NCBI GenBank assembly: GCA_049322215.1
Contig: JBMORU010000001.1
Span: forward strand, 1,046,143 to 1,110,142
Source of the DNA: Patescibacteria group bacterium
GTDB taxonomy: Bacteria; Patescibacteriota; WWE3; UBA101185; UBA10185
Length of the DNA: 64,000 nucleotides
Direction of reading: 5' to 3'
The position numbers were made by a program, and so were the translations under genes. Positions 8,096-18,165 of this stretch are shown piece after piece. Within the stretch, counting starts at the first letter, position 1; each line of letters starts with the position of its first letter. The notes beneath the pieces were generated by a model that was not told where the DNA came from, ran no database searches, and saw nothing but the letters and a program-made list of their open reading frames with translations.

Positions 8096-10045
8096 ATGCC
8101 TAAGAGAATTCTATTGATGACAATTCTATTTGTTTCTTCACTAACTTTTCACAACAAAATAGCATGGGCCCAAGATATCACTCCCCCAATTACTACAGTA
8201 ACTCAAACACCTAGTACTCCTGATGGAGATAATGGTTGGTATGTAAGTCCAATTTTGTTTGAACTTGAAGCAACCGACATAGAAAGTGGCGTAAGCCAAA
8301 TTTGGTATCGTATAGATTCGGGAACATGGAACACAGTGTCGTTTTCTGACACACTAAATTTAATTCAAAATCCATCTTTTGAAACAGCCGGCGCAACTAC
8401 AAGTGGTTTAGAAAACTGGGAAGCTACTGTAGTAGATCCCGAGGGTACTTACTCGCAAAGCACAACAAACTATGCACCTAATTTTTCTACCGCTTCTGCT
8501 CAAATTATTTCTACAGGCGGGTTATGGCACGGAATTAATAACTACAATGATTTTGCAGTTACATCTGCTTACCAAAATATGTCGGCAACTGCCTGGATCA
8601 AAACTAACAATGCAACCGGGGGTGCTTCATTTAAAATATATGGAATAGCCCCAAATGGGTTAGGTGGTGAAACAATTCAGCAAATTGCACAAAGTAGTAT
8701 TATTACAGGTACTACGGACTGGACGCGAGTTAGCTTAAACTTTACGGTTACACTTGCAGACGCTACTGGAGTTTATATAGATTTAGGAATAGAAGGACCC
8801 GGAACTGTATGGTTTGACGCAATTACATTAGACTCTTCTACAAGTGCAGCAAGCACATCTTTTACAGTAGCATCCGATAGTGAAAATCATAGAGTAGAAT
8901 TTTATTCAGTAGATCAGGCCGGAAATACCGAAACGTACTTGTGCCCTTCAGTTAACTGCATCAATTTCAAGTTGGACTCCACATCTCCTGGAAACTGGAA
9001 CGGATCTGGTGCAACTAGAGGTTTATTTGGCCCTAGCCACGAGTTGTATGTATACACAAACGTAGAAGATGCAACATCAGGATTATCAGTATTCACAGAT
9101 AAATACCAATATAAAACAGACAATAATGTAACCTTTGGCAGATATTCTAATATTTTAAACTGCGGTAGTACTTGGCAACCTGGAAATTGGGTTATATTAA
9201 TTACACCCCCCTTTTCCCCTGGAACGAATTCAGCATTTTTACTTACCCCAAAAACTGATTTTTGTAATAGTAACTGGAAAATTTGTAAAACAGTAAGATT
9301 TTATGCCGAAGACTTAGCAGGAAATACGGCAGCAAAAGATTTTTGTTTAAATGGACCTTGGATAAGATTGCGTGGAGAGGCCGCTGTTAGATCTAACTCT
9401 TACATTGACATGTTGGCAGAAGCAAACGGTGACAATACAGATGGCTTACTAGAAGTGGTGCAAACAAACATAGACTTTTTTACATCGTCTAAAAACTGGG
9501 AAGTTACAAATACTGAAACATTTACAGAGTGGAATTATAGTGATTTTTGGGATGCAGTAACAACAAATAAAACTGAAATAACTGGCAGCTTGGTTGCCAA
9601 TACAGGAGTTTATTATGTTAATGGCGACTATGAAATAAAAAATAGCGCGGTGCCTAATAATTTTGATTCAAATACTTTCGACCAAATATTGTTTGTAGAC
9701 GGTAACTTAACTGTTACAGCAGACATTGATATTGCTGATGAAAGTACGTTTTTAATAATAACAAGCGGAGACGTGCAAATAAATAAAAATGTAAGCCTCA
9801 TAGATGCTGCAATTATGACTGATGGAGACATGTACACCGCATTTGACGTTACCGAAGGAGAAGCATTAGGAGCTTTAGCATTTCAGGGATTATATAAAGC
9901 TGACGAGTTCTTTTTTCAGAGAACATTGCAAGGAACCAATAATCAAGACGATCCATCAGAGGATTTTATATTTGAACCAAAATATTTAGTTCAGCAAAAG
10001 CAATTTTTCGGAGAATTTGGAATTCAATGGGAAAGGGTTGAATAA
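8096..10045 (+). CDS. secreted protein with a CBM4/9-like carbohydrate-binding (galactose-binding-like) domain
   Basis: Signal peptide 'MPKRILLMTILFVSSLTFHNKIAWAQD'; 'NLIQNPSFETAG...ENWEA' resembles the start of CBM_4_9 modules; Asn/Thr/Ser-rich. Confidence 0.5.
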   Translation: MPKRILLMTILFVSSLTFHNKIAWAQDITPPITTVTQTPSTPDGDNGWYVSPILFELEATDIESGVSQIWYRIDSGTWNTVSFSDTLNLIQNPSFETAGATTSGLENWEATVVDPEGTYSQSTTNYAPNFSTASAQIISTGGLWHGINNYNDFAVTSAYQNMSATAWIKTNNATGGASFKIYGIAPNGLGGETIQQIAQSSIITGTTDWTRVSLNFTVTLADATGVYIDLGIEGPGTVWFDAITLDSSTSAASTSFTVASDSENHRVEFYSVDQAGNTETYLCPSVNCINFKLDSTSPGNWNGSGATRGLFGPSHELYVYTNVEDATSGLSVFTDKYQYKTDNNVTFGRYSNILNCGSTWQPGNWVILITPPFSPGTNSAFLLTPKTDFCNSNWKICKTVRFYAEDLAGNTAAKDFCLNGPWIRLRGEAAVRSNSYIDMLAEANGDNTDGLLEVVQTNIDFFTSSKNWEVTNTETFTEWNYSDFWDAVTTNKTEITGSLVANTGVYYVNGDYEIKNSAVPNNFDSNTFDQILFVDGNLTVTADIDIADESTFLIITSGDVQINKNVSLIDAAIMTDGDMYTAFDVTEGEALGALAFQGLYKADEFFFQRTLQGTNNQDDPSEDFIFEPKYLVQQKQFFGEFGIQWERVE

Positions 10046-10049
10046 GTTA

Positions 10050-11438
10050 CTAATCAAGTTTGCGTTTTATTCTGTAATTATCTGTAGTGTCTTCAACATA
10101 AAACCCTAACTCTTCTATTTCACGTCTAACTGTATCAGCTTTGTCCCAAATACCACTTTTTTTATATGTCCAGCGTATTTTAGCTAAATCAATAACCTTT
10201 TGAGGTAAATCAAACCCTACGTATTCGTCTAAGTTAAGTCCAAGAACCTCATCAAATTTTAACAGCGTGACAATTTTTGAAGCTTCCGGAATGTCACTTT
10301 TTATCATATCCCACATAACTGCTAATGCTTTGGGTGTATTTAAATCATCATCTAGTGTGTGTTTAAATTGCTCTAAATAATCTATAGCTTCTACAGCATC
10401 TTCATCTTCTTGAAAGCTACTGACTAAATCGTAAAGCTTTCTTAAAGCATTTTGAGCCCCCTGAAGTGCCTGAAAAGTGAAATTTAGTTTGCTTCTATAA
10501 TGTGCCGATAAATAAAAATATCTAAGAGCTAAAGGCTCAAAAGACTTTGCCTCTAAGTCGGATAAAGTGTAAGCATTACCTAAGCTTTTTCCCATACGGC
10601 CACCGTCAACTTGCAAATGAGATACATGCATAAAGTAATTCACAAATCTTTTTCCGGTAGCACATTCACTTTGCGCCATTTCGTTAGGATGATGAATCAT
10701 TTTGTGATCCTCTCCACCCATATGAATATCAATTGTTTCCCCAAGCTCTTTTAATATCATGGCACTACACTCAGCATGCCAACCAGGAAATCCTCTACCC
10801 CAAGGAGAGTCCCATTCTTGCCAGCGCATTTGATCTAAAGGGGAAAACTTCCAAAGCGCAAAATCTGTAGGGTTTTTCTTTTCTGCGTTAGGCTCTACAC
10901 GGGCACCTTCTAAAACGTTTTCAGAAGTCAAACCTGACATTAAACCATAACTTTTGTATTTAGAGGTGTCAAAGTATATTCCGTCAGAAATTTTATAAGT
11001 AAAGCCACGTTTCTCTAGGGTTTTTACTAAGTCAATTTGTTCTTGAATATACTCGGAAGCTTTTGTAAATTTTTCAGGTTTTTGTAAATTTAATTTTTCA
11101 AAATCTTCTAAAAATACTCTTGTGTAGTAGTTAGAAATATCTTTAACGCTCTTACCTTCTCTTTCGGCAGCCATCTCCATGCGATCTACACCGGTATCAG
11201 CGTCTCCCTGATTATCTCCAGTTAAATGTCCAACATCCGTTAAGTTCATTATGAATCGCACGTTGTAGTCATTAAACTTTAGAGTACGTAAAACTAAATC
11301 GCTTACAGCAAATGTCCTAAAGTTACCTATATGTTGAAAATCGTAAACTGTAGGTCCACACGTATACATAGTAACCAACTCGGGGCTTATAGGTTTAAAA
11401 TCTTCAACTTTTTTTGATAGTGAGTTAAATACTTTCAT
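10050..11438 (-). CDS. cysS: cysteinyl-tRNA synthetase
   Basis: 'CGPTVYDFQHIGN' (HIGH motif) and 'RMGKSLGN' (KMSKS motif). Confidence 0.9.
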   Translation of the reverse strand: MKVFNSLSKKVEDFKPISPELVTMYTCGPTVYDFQHIGNFRTFAVSDLVLRTLKFNDYNVRFIMNLTDVGHLTGDNQGDADTGVDRMEMAAEREGKSVKDISNYYTRVFLEDFEKLNLQKPEKFTKASEYIQEQIDLVKTLEKRGFTYKISDGIYFDTSKYKSYGLMSGLTSENVLEGARVEPNAEKKNPTDFALWKFSPLDQMRWQEWDSPWGRGFPGWHAECSAMILKELGETIDIHMGGEDHKMIHHPNEMAQSECATGKRFVNYFMHVSHLQVDGGRMGKSLGNAYTLSDLEAKSFEPLALRYFYLSAHYRSKLNFTFQALQGAQNALRKLYDLVSSFQEDEDAVEAIDYLEQFKHTLDDDLNTPKALAVMWDMIKSDIPEASKIVTLLKFDEVLGLNLDEYVGFDLPQKVIDLAKIRWTYKKSGIWDKADTVRREIEELGFYVEDTTDNYRIKRKLD

Positions 11439-11549
11439 AACAGAATATGCAGAGGTATTGTAGCACGTTTTACTGTAAGAAAATGTACAATTTAATTTTT
11501 ACATATGTTGAGTCAATTGGATGTACGTAACACTATGGGATATAAGAAT

Positions 11550-12203
11550 CTAAAAGTTAGAACGGCCTTCTAAAGCTCTACTTAAAGTAATATCATCAGC
11601 ATACTCAATATCGCCACCAACAGGTAACCCACGTGCTATACGAGTAATTTTAACCTTATCTGCATAGCCACTATCATTTATGAGTTTTGAAATATACATG
11701 GCTGTAGATTCGCCTTCCATGCTGGTATTTGTTGCTAAAATAACTTCAACCTGGATATCTGAGTTTAAAGCTACATCTAAAAAGTCATTATGTGCATCTC
11801 CAAAAAAGTCTTTTAAACGATCAAGTAAATCCTGTATAAAAATTTCATCCGGACCTATGTTATTTAGTGGGTTAATTACCCCATGCAATACGTGATACAT
11901 ACCTTTATAACCTGTTTTTTCAAAGGCTAAAACATCTAGAGGGCTTGAAACAACAACTATTTGTCGAGAATTACGTCTTGAATCTGAGCAAATGCTGCAG
12001 GGGTCTTTGTCATCAACTGTCTTACATATAGAACAAAAAACTGTTCCCTTTTTTAAGTTTATAAGAGCTTCAGCAAAATTCTCTAACTCTTCTTGTGGAA
12101 AATTCAATAAGTGAAAAACTAAACGTTGTGCTGTTTTTGGACCAATGCCGGGTAAACGTTCAAAGGCGTCTATTAATTTAGAAATAGGTTTCGGAAGTCG
12201 CAT
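11550..12203 (-). CDS. recR: recombination protein RecR
   Basis: 'LPGIGPKTAQRL' HhH, C4 zinc finger 'CSICKTV...CSIC', Toprim region. Confidence 0.9.
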   Translation of the reverse strand: MRLPKPISKLIDAFERLPGIGPKTAQRLVFHLLNFPQEELENFAEALINLKKGTVFCSICKTVDDKDPCSICSDSRRNSRQIVVVSSPLDVLAFEKTGYKGMYHVLHGVINPLNNIGPDEIFIQDLLDRLKDFFGDAHNDFLDVALNSDIQVEVILATNTSMEGESTAMYISKLINDSGYADKVKITRIARGLPVGGDIEYADDITLSRALEGRSNF

Positions 12204-12306
12204 TTGTTGATTGTAGGATGTGACCCATATAGGGTCAAGCCACTGTTGATGTATCTATGCTATAGGGTTATAATAGACCTCAATACAAATAGTAAGGAGA
12301 TGCATC

Positions 12307-12609
12307 ATGAACAACATAATGAGAGACAGAATCGCTGCAGAAGTGAAAAGGTTGCAAAAAGAAAAGCTAGATTTTCCACTAGAATGGCTTGATGAAATTT
12401 TTCGCCGGCTTAAACCCAACGAACAACAAGTTTTAAAGTTAGCGTACGGCACTGAAGTGATTTTAAGCAACGCTGAGGTAGCTAAAATTTCAACGCTAAA
12501 CGTCACGGCAACTCGTATAGGGCAGATAAAAAAGAACGCTTTAAAAAAATTTGCTCCGGCAATTGCAGTTCGCCTACACGATGAAAAAAAGAAAAAAGGC
12601 AAAAGCTAA
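12307..12609 (+). CDS. small sigma-70 region-4-like HTH protein
   Basis: 'NEQQVLKLAYG...LSNAEVAKISTLNVTATRIGQIKKNALKKF' resembles sigma-70 region 4; AAGGAG RBS 8 nt upstream of ATG; lysine-rich tail. Confidence 0.5.
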   Translation: MNNIMRDRIAAEVKRLQKEKLDFPLEWLDEIFRRLKPNEQQVLKLAYGTEVILSNAEVAKISTLNVTATRIGQIKKNALKKFAPAIAVRLHDEKKKKGKS

Positions 12610-12686
12610 AGAAATAATCAAAACGTAAATTCAAATAACGCCAGTGCTTAGTTAAAAAACAAACTAGGTTCTGGCTTTTTTTATAC

Positions 12687-14261
12687 CTAAAGAGGCAATC
12701 CCCCATCAAACATTTCTAAAATATTCCCATCTGAAGGTACATCATTAGCCCCCGCAGGAACAGAAATATTTAAGTCTGTTAACTCTCCAGTTTCTTTAGG
12801 ATTTTTTGGCTTAGATTTAATTTCACCCAAAGTACAGCTAATACTCAAACTTGGATCTTCCATAACTTCTCGTAAAACAGATTCAACTACATCTCTATTT
12901 TTAGGAGATTCAATTCTCTCTTTATGAAACGAATAAGCCACTTCTAACACTAGCGTGTTGTCTTCAAGTAACTCAAGAGGTGTGGCTGCTTTAAGCAAAG
13001 CTTGAATTGAGTGATTGTAATCTTTGGTTCCTTTTACAACTATAGCCCATTTCTGAGTAATTCTATCTAAAGTAGAATTTCCCGACGCACTTACTTTTGA
13101 GTTAGACGATTGACTGCTTTTTTTATTATGTGAAGAAGTTGAAGGCTTACCGCCTGATGTAGGTCCTACCCCATTCTTCTTACCACCCACAAGGCTCTGA
13201 GGCCCGCTAGAATCACACAAAGATATAACAGCTAACTCCAAGGGTAGCTGCGGAATAACAGCACCTTTAATAGCGTTTTGAGCATGCATAAAGTCTTCTA
13301 TTATTTTCACCAGCTCTAAGGGCTCAAATTTGCATGCTTGCTCTTCCATTTGGGCAAATTGATCTTCAGTAACGTCTAGTAAACCCTCGTGAGCTTCCGA
13401 AGCGATGAAAAGTAAATCTCGCAAATATTTAATGAATTCCATAGTCCAAACGTACAAATCAATACCATCTTCGTATAAATTATTTATTTTATGAAGTGCA
13501 CTATGAGAATCATAAATTTGAATATAGTCTAAAAACTCTATAAAACTGTTTTTATCTGTAGTGCCAAGCAAAGATTCAACATCTAAACTACCTTCAATAA
13601 CCTGTTGCAATAGTGTTTCTGCATCTCTATAACCTCCTAAAGAAGCTCGAGCTATTTGGGTCAAAGCTTCGTCTGAAACCTTTGCTTTTTCCTGCTTACA
13701 TATATCTTTCAACTTTGTAACTAGCTGTTGAATAGAAGCACGTTTAAAACTAAAAACCTGACAACGTGACTTTATAGTATCCGGAACTTTATGCGCTTCA
13801 GTTGTGCATAATATAAAATTACTGTGTGCAGGAGGTTCTTCCAAGGTTTTTAACAAGGCGTTAAAAGCTTCTGTAGTAAGCATATGAACCTCATCTACTA
13901 TGTACACTTTTTGTTTACCAGATGAAGGAGAAAGCTTTATTTTCTCCCTTAAATCCCTTATATCATCAATTCCTCTATTGCTCGCAGCATCAATTTCAAT
14001 TAAATCTAAGAAAGAACCTGTAGAAATAGACTTACAAATATCACAAGTCCCGCAAGGATCACCTTTTTCATCAACATTTAAACAATTTAAAGCCTTAGCA
14101 AGAATACGTGCCGTAGTTGTTTTGCCGGTTCCTCGAGGGCCAATAAATAAATAAGCGTGTGCCACTTTATTTGACTTAACTTGTTGCATCAAAGCTTCAG
14201 CCACCGTATTGGGTTTAGAAATTTCACTAAATTTTTGAGGTCTATACTTTGTATAAAACAT
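12687..14261 (-). CDS. dnaX: DNA polymerase III subunit gamma/tau
   Basis: 'GPRGTGKTTTARILAKALNC' Walker A, zinc module 'C..C..C..C', clamp-loader domains. Confidence 0.9.
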   Translation of the reverse strand: MFYTKYRPQKFSEISKPNTVAEALMQQVKSNKVAHAYLFIGPRGTGKTTTARILAKALNCLNVDEKGDPCGTCDICKSISTGSFLDLIEIDAASNRGIDDIRDLREKIKLSPSSGKQKVYIVDEVHMLTTEAFNALLKTLEEPPAHSNFILCTTEAHKVPDTIKSRCQVFSFKRASIQQLVTKLKDICKQEKAKVSDEALTQIARASLGGYRDAETLLQQVIEGSLDVESLLGTTDKNSFIEFLDYIQIYDSHSALHKINNLYEDGIDLYVWTMEFIKYLRDLLFIASEAHEGLLDVTEDQFAQMEEQACKFEPLELVKIIEDFMHAQNAIKGAVIPQLPLELAVISLCDSSGPQSLVGGKKNGVGPTSGGKPSTSSHNKKSSQSSNSKVSASGNSTLDRITQKWAIVVKGTKDYNHSIQALLKAATPLELLEDNTLVLEVAYSFHKERIESPKNRDVVESVLREVMEDPSLSISCTLGEIKSKPKNPKETGELTDLNISVPAGANDVPSDGNILEMFDGGLPL

Positions 14262-14280
14262 ATTTATTCAAGATATTTTC

Positions 14281-14332
14281 AAAAAAAACTAGACACAAAA
14301 AAGTGCTGTTCTTTTTTTAAAGTCCCAGCACA
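14281..14332 (-). terminator. intrinsic-terminator-like hairpin about 20 nt upstream of dnaX
   Basis: Stem GUGCUG/CAGCAC (14303-14332) with a U-rich tract following on the minus strand. May end a pth-operon transcript or a small RNA. Confidence 0.45.
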
Positions 14333-14584
14333 AGTTACTGGATAAAATCAGATTGAGGCAGTGTTAAAAGTATACGGGCACCAAACTGCTTATCAAGCAA
14401 TATATGTTTGAAAAAACAAAGTGTGCAAGATGCAACTTTCAGCTGCAAACACAGTACAATTTTACTTATGAGTGATTTGTTTAGTTGAAGATTGAATACA
14501 AACTGTTACTTATAGGTTAGAAAACGAATATGAATAATACTCATGCCTTTTGGAAACCTAGACTCCACGTGAAATACTAGAATT

Positions 14585-15103
14585 TTAACTTTGAAGAATT
14601 TGATTACCTAAATGCTTAAATATGTCATTAAGAACCAAAAGTTCGCTATTATTAAACTTACTCAAAACATAGTCGTGTACCTCGAATGCTTGTTCATTTG
14701 GTCTACCAACACCAATACGAATTCTCCAAAAGCTTTTCTCACTTAGCATCTGAATTATATCCTCTACCCCATGGTGCCCCGCAGCTCCCATATTTTTTTT
14801 ATAACGAATTTTTCCAAATTCTAAATCCACATCATCGTGAACTACTATCAAGTCGTTGAAATCAACTTTGTAAAAGTTAACTACTTTAGCTACACTTTCA
14901 CCTGATAAATTCATGTATGTCTGAGGTTTAACTAGTAAAACACTATTAGTTGAACTTTTTGCCACATATGCATTAAACTTTGAATCAAAACTCCAGGAAA
15001 CTTCCAAACTAGTGGCAAGGGTATCAACAAACATAAAACCCACATTGTGCCTTGTATTGTTATATTTTTCTCCGGGATTTCCTAATCCAACAATAATTTT
15101 CAC
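14585..15103 (-). CDS. pth: peptidyl-tRNA hydrolase
   Basis: 'MKIIVGLGNPG.KY..TRHNVGF' signature. Confidence 0.85.
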   Translation of the reverse strand: MKIIVGLGNPGEKYNNTRHNVGFMFVDTLATSLEVSWSFDSKFNAYVAKSSTNSVLLVKPQTYMNLSGESVAKVVNFYKVDFNDLIVVHDDVDLEFGKIRYKKNMGAAGHHGVEDIIQMLSEKSFWRIRIGVGRPNEQAFEVHDYVLSKFNNSELLVLNDIFKHLGNQILQS

Positions 15104-15114
15104 AAATATCCTAA

Positions 15115-15426
15115 TTAATGATCATCACCATCGTGATGAACACCTAATAAATGAAGCATGCCATGTTCCACAAGCTCAGCTATCTCTTGTTCTAAATTAT
15201 TAGAATAAGTAGCCGCTTGCTCTTCTGCTTTGTCTATGTTCACAACAATGTCACCTAAATAATACTCTTCGGAAGATATTTCTTCATCAATATTAAAAGA
15301 TAAAACATCAGTAGGATAGTCACGATTTAAGTGCTGCTTATTTAAATCTTGAATAGCTTCGTTTTTAACCAAAGACACCGAAACTTGGATGTTTTTATAC
15401 TTTTTAAGTTTAAAAGTATTACTCAT
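15115..15426 (-). CDS. ybeY: rRNA maturation endoribonuclease YbeY
   Basis: C-terminal 'HGMLHLLGVHHDGDDH' metal-binding motif. Confidence 0.8.
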   Translation of the reverse strand: MSNTFKLKKYKNIQVSVSLVKNEAIQDLNKQHLNRDYPTDVLSFNIDEEISSEEYYLGDIVVNIDKAEEQAATYSNNLEQEIAELVEHGMLHLLGVHHDGDDH

Positions 15427-15718
15427 TTTCTGGTAATAAACCTTGAAGTTCTTCTAGTATTTTAAGCTCGGAAGAAGCTTTTTCAGCTTGCTCTTCTCTA
15501 CCAGCAGTTGTATACATATCAACTTCGTAATTTCGTTGTTTTATTTGTTTTTTAATTACTTTTGCAATATCATCGTTTGTTAATTCACGATGCTCAGAGC
15601 GAAGTTCAATCTCTTTATTTTTAATTGCAGAAATTAAAAAACGCAAAACTGATACCCTAAGAGTATCTTTATCTTTTAACGCTTGAATTTGCTGCTTATT
15701 TAAATTGTCTAAAATCAT
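15419..15718 (-). CDS. yqeY: GatB/YqeY domain protein
   Basis: 'LRVSVLRFLISAIKNKEIE' and 'KQRNYEVDMYTTAGREEQAEKA...ILEE' match the YqeY family; 8-nt overlap with ybeY. Confidence 0.7.
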   Translation of the reverse strand: MILDNLNKQQIQALKDKDTLRVSVLRFLISAIKNKEIELRSEHRELTNDDIAKVIKKQIKQRNYEVDMYTTAGREEQAEKASSELKILEELQGLLPENE

Positions 15719-15903
15719 CTGCGTCTTTCTAGAGCAATTTTTCTAGCTTTTTCTTCTAACTTGCGTTTTTTGATTTCACTAGGTTTCTCGTATCTTTCTC
15801 TACGCTTAAGTTCTTTTAAGATACCAGCACGATGCACTTCTCTATTAAAGCGTCTTAGTGCTTGTTCTAGTGATTCACCATGTCTAACTTTAATTTTCGT
15901 CAT
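15715..15903 (-). CDS. rpsU: 30S ribosomal protein S21
   Basis: 'MTKIKVRHGESLEQALRRFNREV...LKELKRRERYEKPSE' matches S21; start taken at the internal Met (track ORF extends to 15957). Confidence 0.8.
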   Translation of the reverse strand: MTKIKVRHGESLEQALRRFNREVHRAGILKELKRRERYEKPSEIKKRKLEEKARKIALERRR

Positions 15904-16003
15904 AGTGTCATACAAAGTCATTAATTTTAAATGACTTTTGTAGCTAAACACCTCCAAACCTATTAAGGCAGTTTATAACTGCAAAATGTAAATAATTAAT
16001 CCT

Positions 16004-16414
16004 TTACGTACTGCCACCGGGTTCTTCTTTAGTACCACCCAAAATGTGAAAATGCTCATGCTCAAAGTGATTGTAACCCGCACCATTATTAACTAATTTG
16101 TATCCCGTTTTATCTAAACCCAAATGTACTATTGTTTTATAAATAGCAGCAAACATTGTATCCCAATATTGCTCATTTTTAAAGGTGCCTGATATTGTAT
16201 CAGATTTTTCTTTGTGATGCTTTGAAAGTACTAATACATGTACAGGAGCCGTGGGAAATTTATTTTCAATAGCAATAAAATCTTCAAACTCCAAAACCAT
16301 TTTAGACGGCTCTTTACCCTGAGATATTGAACAAAACAAACAATAAGGATCATACATAGTAAAAGTATATAAACCTGCTGTACAAAAGGCAACTAGAGTT
16401 AAACAAGAAAACAC
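16004..16414 (-). CDS. HIT-family (histidine triad) nucleotide hydrolase
   Basis: 'CLFCSI' N-terminus and 'HEHFHILGG' histidine-triad motif. Probable true start at 'MYDPYCLFC' (about 16357). Confidence 0.75.
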   Translation of the reverse strand: MFSCLTLVAFCTAGLYTFTMYDPYCLFCSISQGKEPSKMVLEFEDFIAIENKFPTAPVHVLVLSKHHKEKSDTISGTFKNEQYWDTMFAAIYKTIVHLGLDKTGYKLVNNGAGYNHFEHEHFHILGGTKEEPGGST

Positions 16415-16465
16415 TACGCTAGTAAGAAAAAATCAATACCCCATATTTATTGCAAGTACAAGGTA

Positions 16466-17590
16466 TTATCCAAGCAAGTTTTTTACATCTCTAAATGTCA
16501 CCAATACCATTAAAGCCAACAATATAAGTATTCCCCACTTGTGCATTGCTGTTTCGACTTTTGCGCTAACACGTTTACCACCTCTTAGCATTTCAATTAG
16601 TACAAACAGCACTCTTCCACCATCAAGCGCAGGAAAAGGCATAAGATTTATAATTGCCAAACTTAGCGAAAGTAACGCAGTTAAGTCAATTAAACCCAAT
16701 ATTGCTTCTTTACCACTAAATCGCAAAATACTATCAACCACAGAAAATATACCTACTGGACCAGAAACACTTCCCGAAACAGGTTCTATACTTTTCTCTT
16801 CATACGAAACACCAACTAAACTTTTTAATGTAGAAAAAGTGTAAGACATAACATTGTATGAATGCGAAAATCCTGCAGTGAGTTTATTATCTGAGTAATC
16901 TAATACTATGGCACTGTTCAAAACAGTACCTAAAAATCCGGCACCATCTTCATTTGCCTGAGGCGTAATTTCTACTACACGCGTGGGACGGGATAAACGA
17001 CGGATATCCATTACTAAAAGCTTTACAGGAACATTAGCCTTATCTTCTAAGGCACCGCGCATATCAGCCACCGAATACACCGGAGTATTATCTATTTCTA
17101 TTATTGCTTCTCCAGAACTTAAACCAGAAGATTCTGCAGCAGACCCTTCTAAAAAGTCGGTAACAACGGTATTTATTTGCTCTGTTCTTCCATATTTAAA
17201 GCTATGATCAAAGAAAACAGGAAGAGCCAAAGATTTAAAACCAGTAACAAAAAAGAAAACATAGTATAAAAATATTGCTAAAGCGACATTCATAAATATT
17301 CCAGCTAGCAGTATTGATAAGCGTCTAACCGGAGATTTTGACATGAAATTATTTGGATCACTTGATTCCTCTAAATCCTCTTCGCCTGTTATACGAACAA
17401 ACCCACCAAAAGGAAGTAAATTTATTGTGTATTCTGTATCACCAAACTTTTTACCCCAAATTTTTGGCGGTAAACCGTAACCAAACTCTTCTACCTGAAC
17501 ATTATTTTTACGTGCAGCATAAAAATGGCCAAACTCGTGAACCAAAACTAGTACGGATAATATTATGATGAAAATTAATAAAGCAATCAT
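16466..17590 (-). CDS. rseP: RIP zinc metalloprotease RseP (site-2 protease, M50 family, with PDZ)
   Basis: 'HEFGHFYAARK' HExxH in TM1, PDZ region, 'LNLLPFGG', C-terminal LDG-type motif. Confidence 0.85.
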   Translation of the reverse strand: MIALLIFIIILSVLVLVHEFGHFYAARKNNVQVEEFGYGLPPKIWGKKFGDTEYTINLLPFGGFVRITGEEDLEESSDPNNFMSKSPVRRLSILLAGIFMNVALAIFLYYVFFFVTGFKSLALPVFFDHSFKYGRTEQINTVVTDFLEGSAAESSGLSSGEAIIEIDNTPVYSVADMRGALEDKANVPVKLLVMDIRRLSRPTRVVEITPQANEDGAGFLGTVLNSAIVLDYSDNKLTAGFSHSYNVMSYTFSTLKSLVGVSYEEKSIEPVSGSVSGPVGIFSVVDSILRFSGKEAILGLIDLTALLSLSLAIINLMPFPALDGGRVLFVLIEMLRGGKRVSAKVETAMHKWGILILLALMVLVTFRDVKNLLG

Positions 17591-17596
17591 TAGTGT

Positions 17597-18145
17597 TTAA
17601 ACCGTTAAAATATCTTTTTTCTTGGCTTCGCCTAAACTTTCAGCTTTTGATACATATTCTTTTACAACATCCTCTACTTCTTCACGCTGTGTAAACTTTT
17701 CATCCTCACCAATTAGTTTATCTGCATACTTTTTATCAATTGCCTTCATTGCATCCTGACGCACGTTTCTAATAGCCTGTTTACATTCTTCAACTTTAGA
17801 AGAAGCAATTTTCGCAAACTCTTTTCTACGTTCTTCGGTAAGTGACGGTATTGAAACTCGTACGATATCGCCATCTACAACAGGGTTTAAATTTAAGTCA
17901 GATTCCCGTATAGATTTTTCAATATTTTTAAGTAAAGATTTATCCCAAGGTGAAATTACCAACAGCTGTGAATCAGGTACCGTAACAGAACCTACTTCTT
18001 TAATAGTCATGTTAGCTCCATAAGCATTAACAGTTATGTTTTCTATTAACCCCGGCGTAGCACGACCTGTTCTAAGCTTTGTAAGCTCTTCAGATAAAAA
18101 CTCTATACTCGTATTTAATTTCTTTTTTAATTCCAAAGTTTGCAT
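17597..18145 (-). CDS. frr: ribosome recycling factor
   Basis: Length and the 'ERRKEF.K......E' C-terminal helix pattern of RRF. Confidence 0.85.
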   Translation of the reverse strand: MQTLELKKKLNTSIEFLSEELTKLRTGRATPGLIENITVNAYGANMTIKEVGSVTVPDSQLLVISPWDKSLLKNIEKSIRESDLNLNPVVDGDIVRVSIPSLTEERRKEFAKIASSKVEECKQAIRNVRQDAMKAIDKKYADKLIGEDEKFTQREEVEDVVKEYVSKAESLGEAKKKDILTV

Positions 18146-18165
18146 CTATGTGATTCTACCTTAAG

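Noticed and set aside
12255-12602. Track ORF 12255..12602(-), 115 aa
   Set aside because: Low-complexity Phe/Ser-rich translation antisense to the sigma-r4-like gene; the plus-strand ORF has a strong RBS and a recognisable domain.
14262-14584. SRP RNA (ffs) call upstream of dnaX
   Set aside because: The position is right but the domain-IV consensus was not identifiable by eye. Left as a hypothesis rather than a feature.
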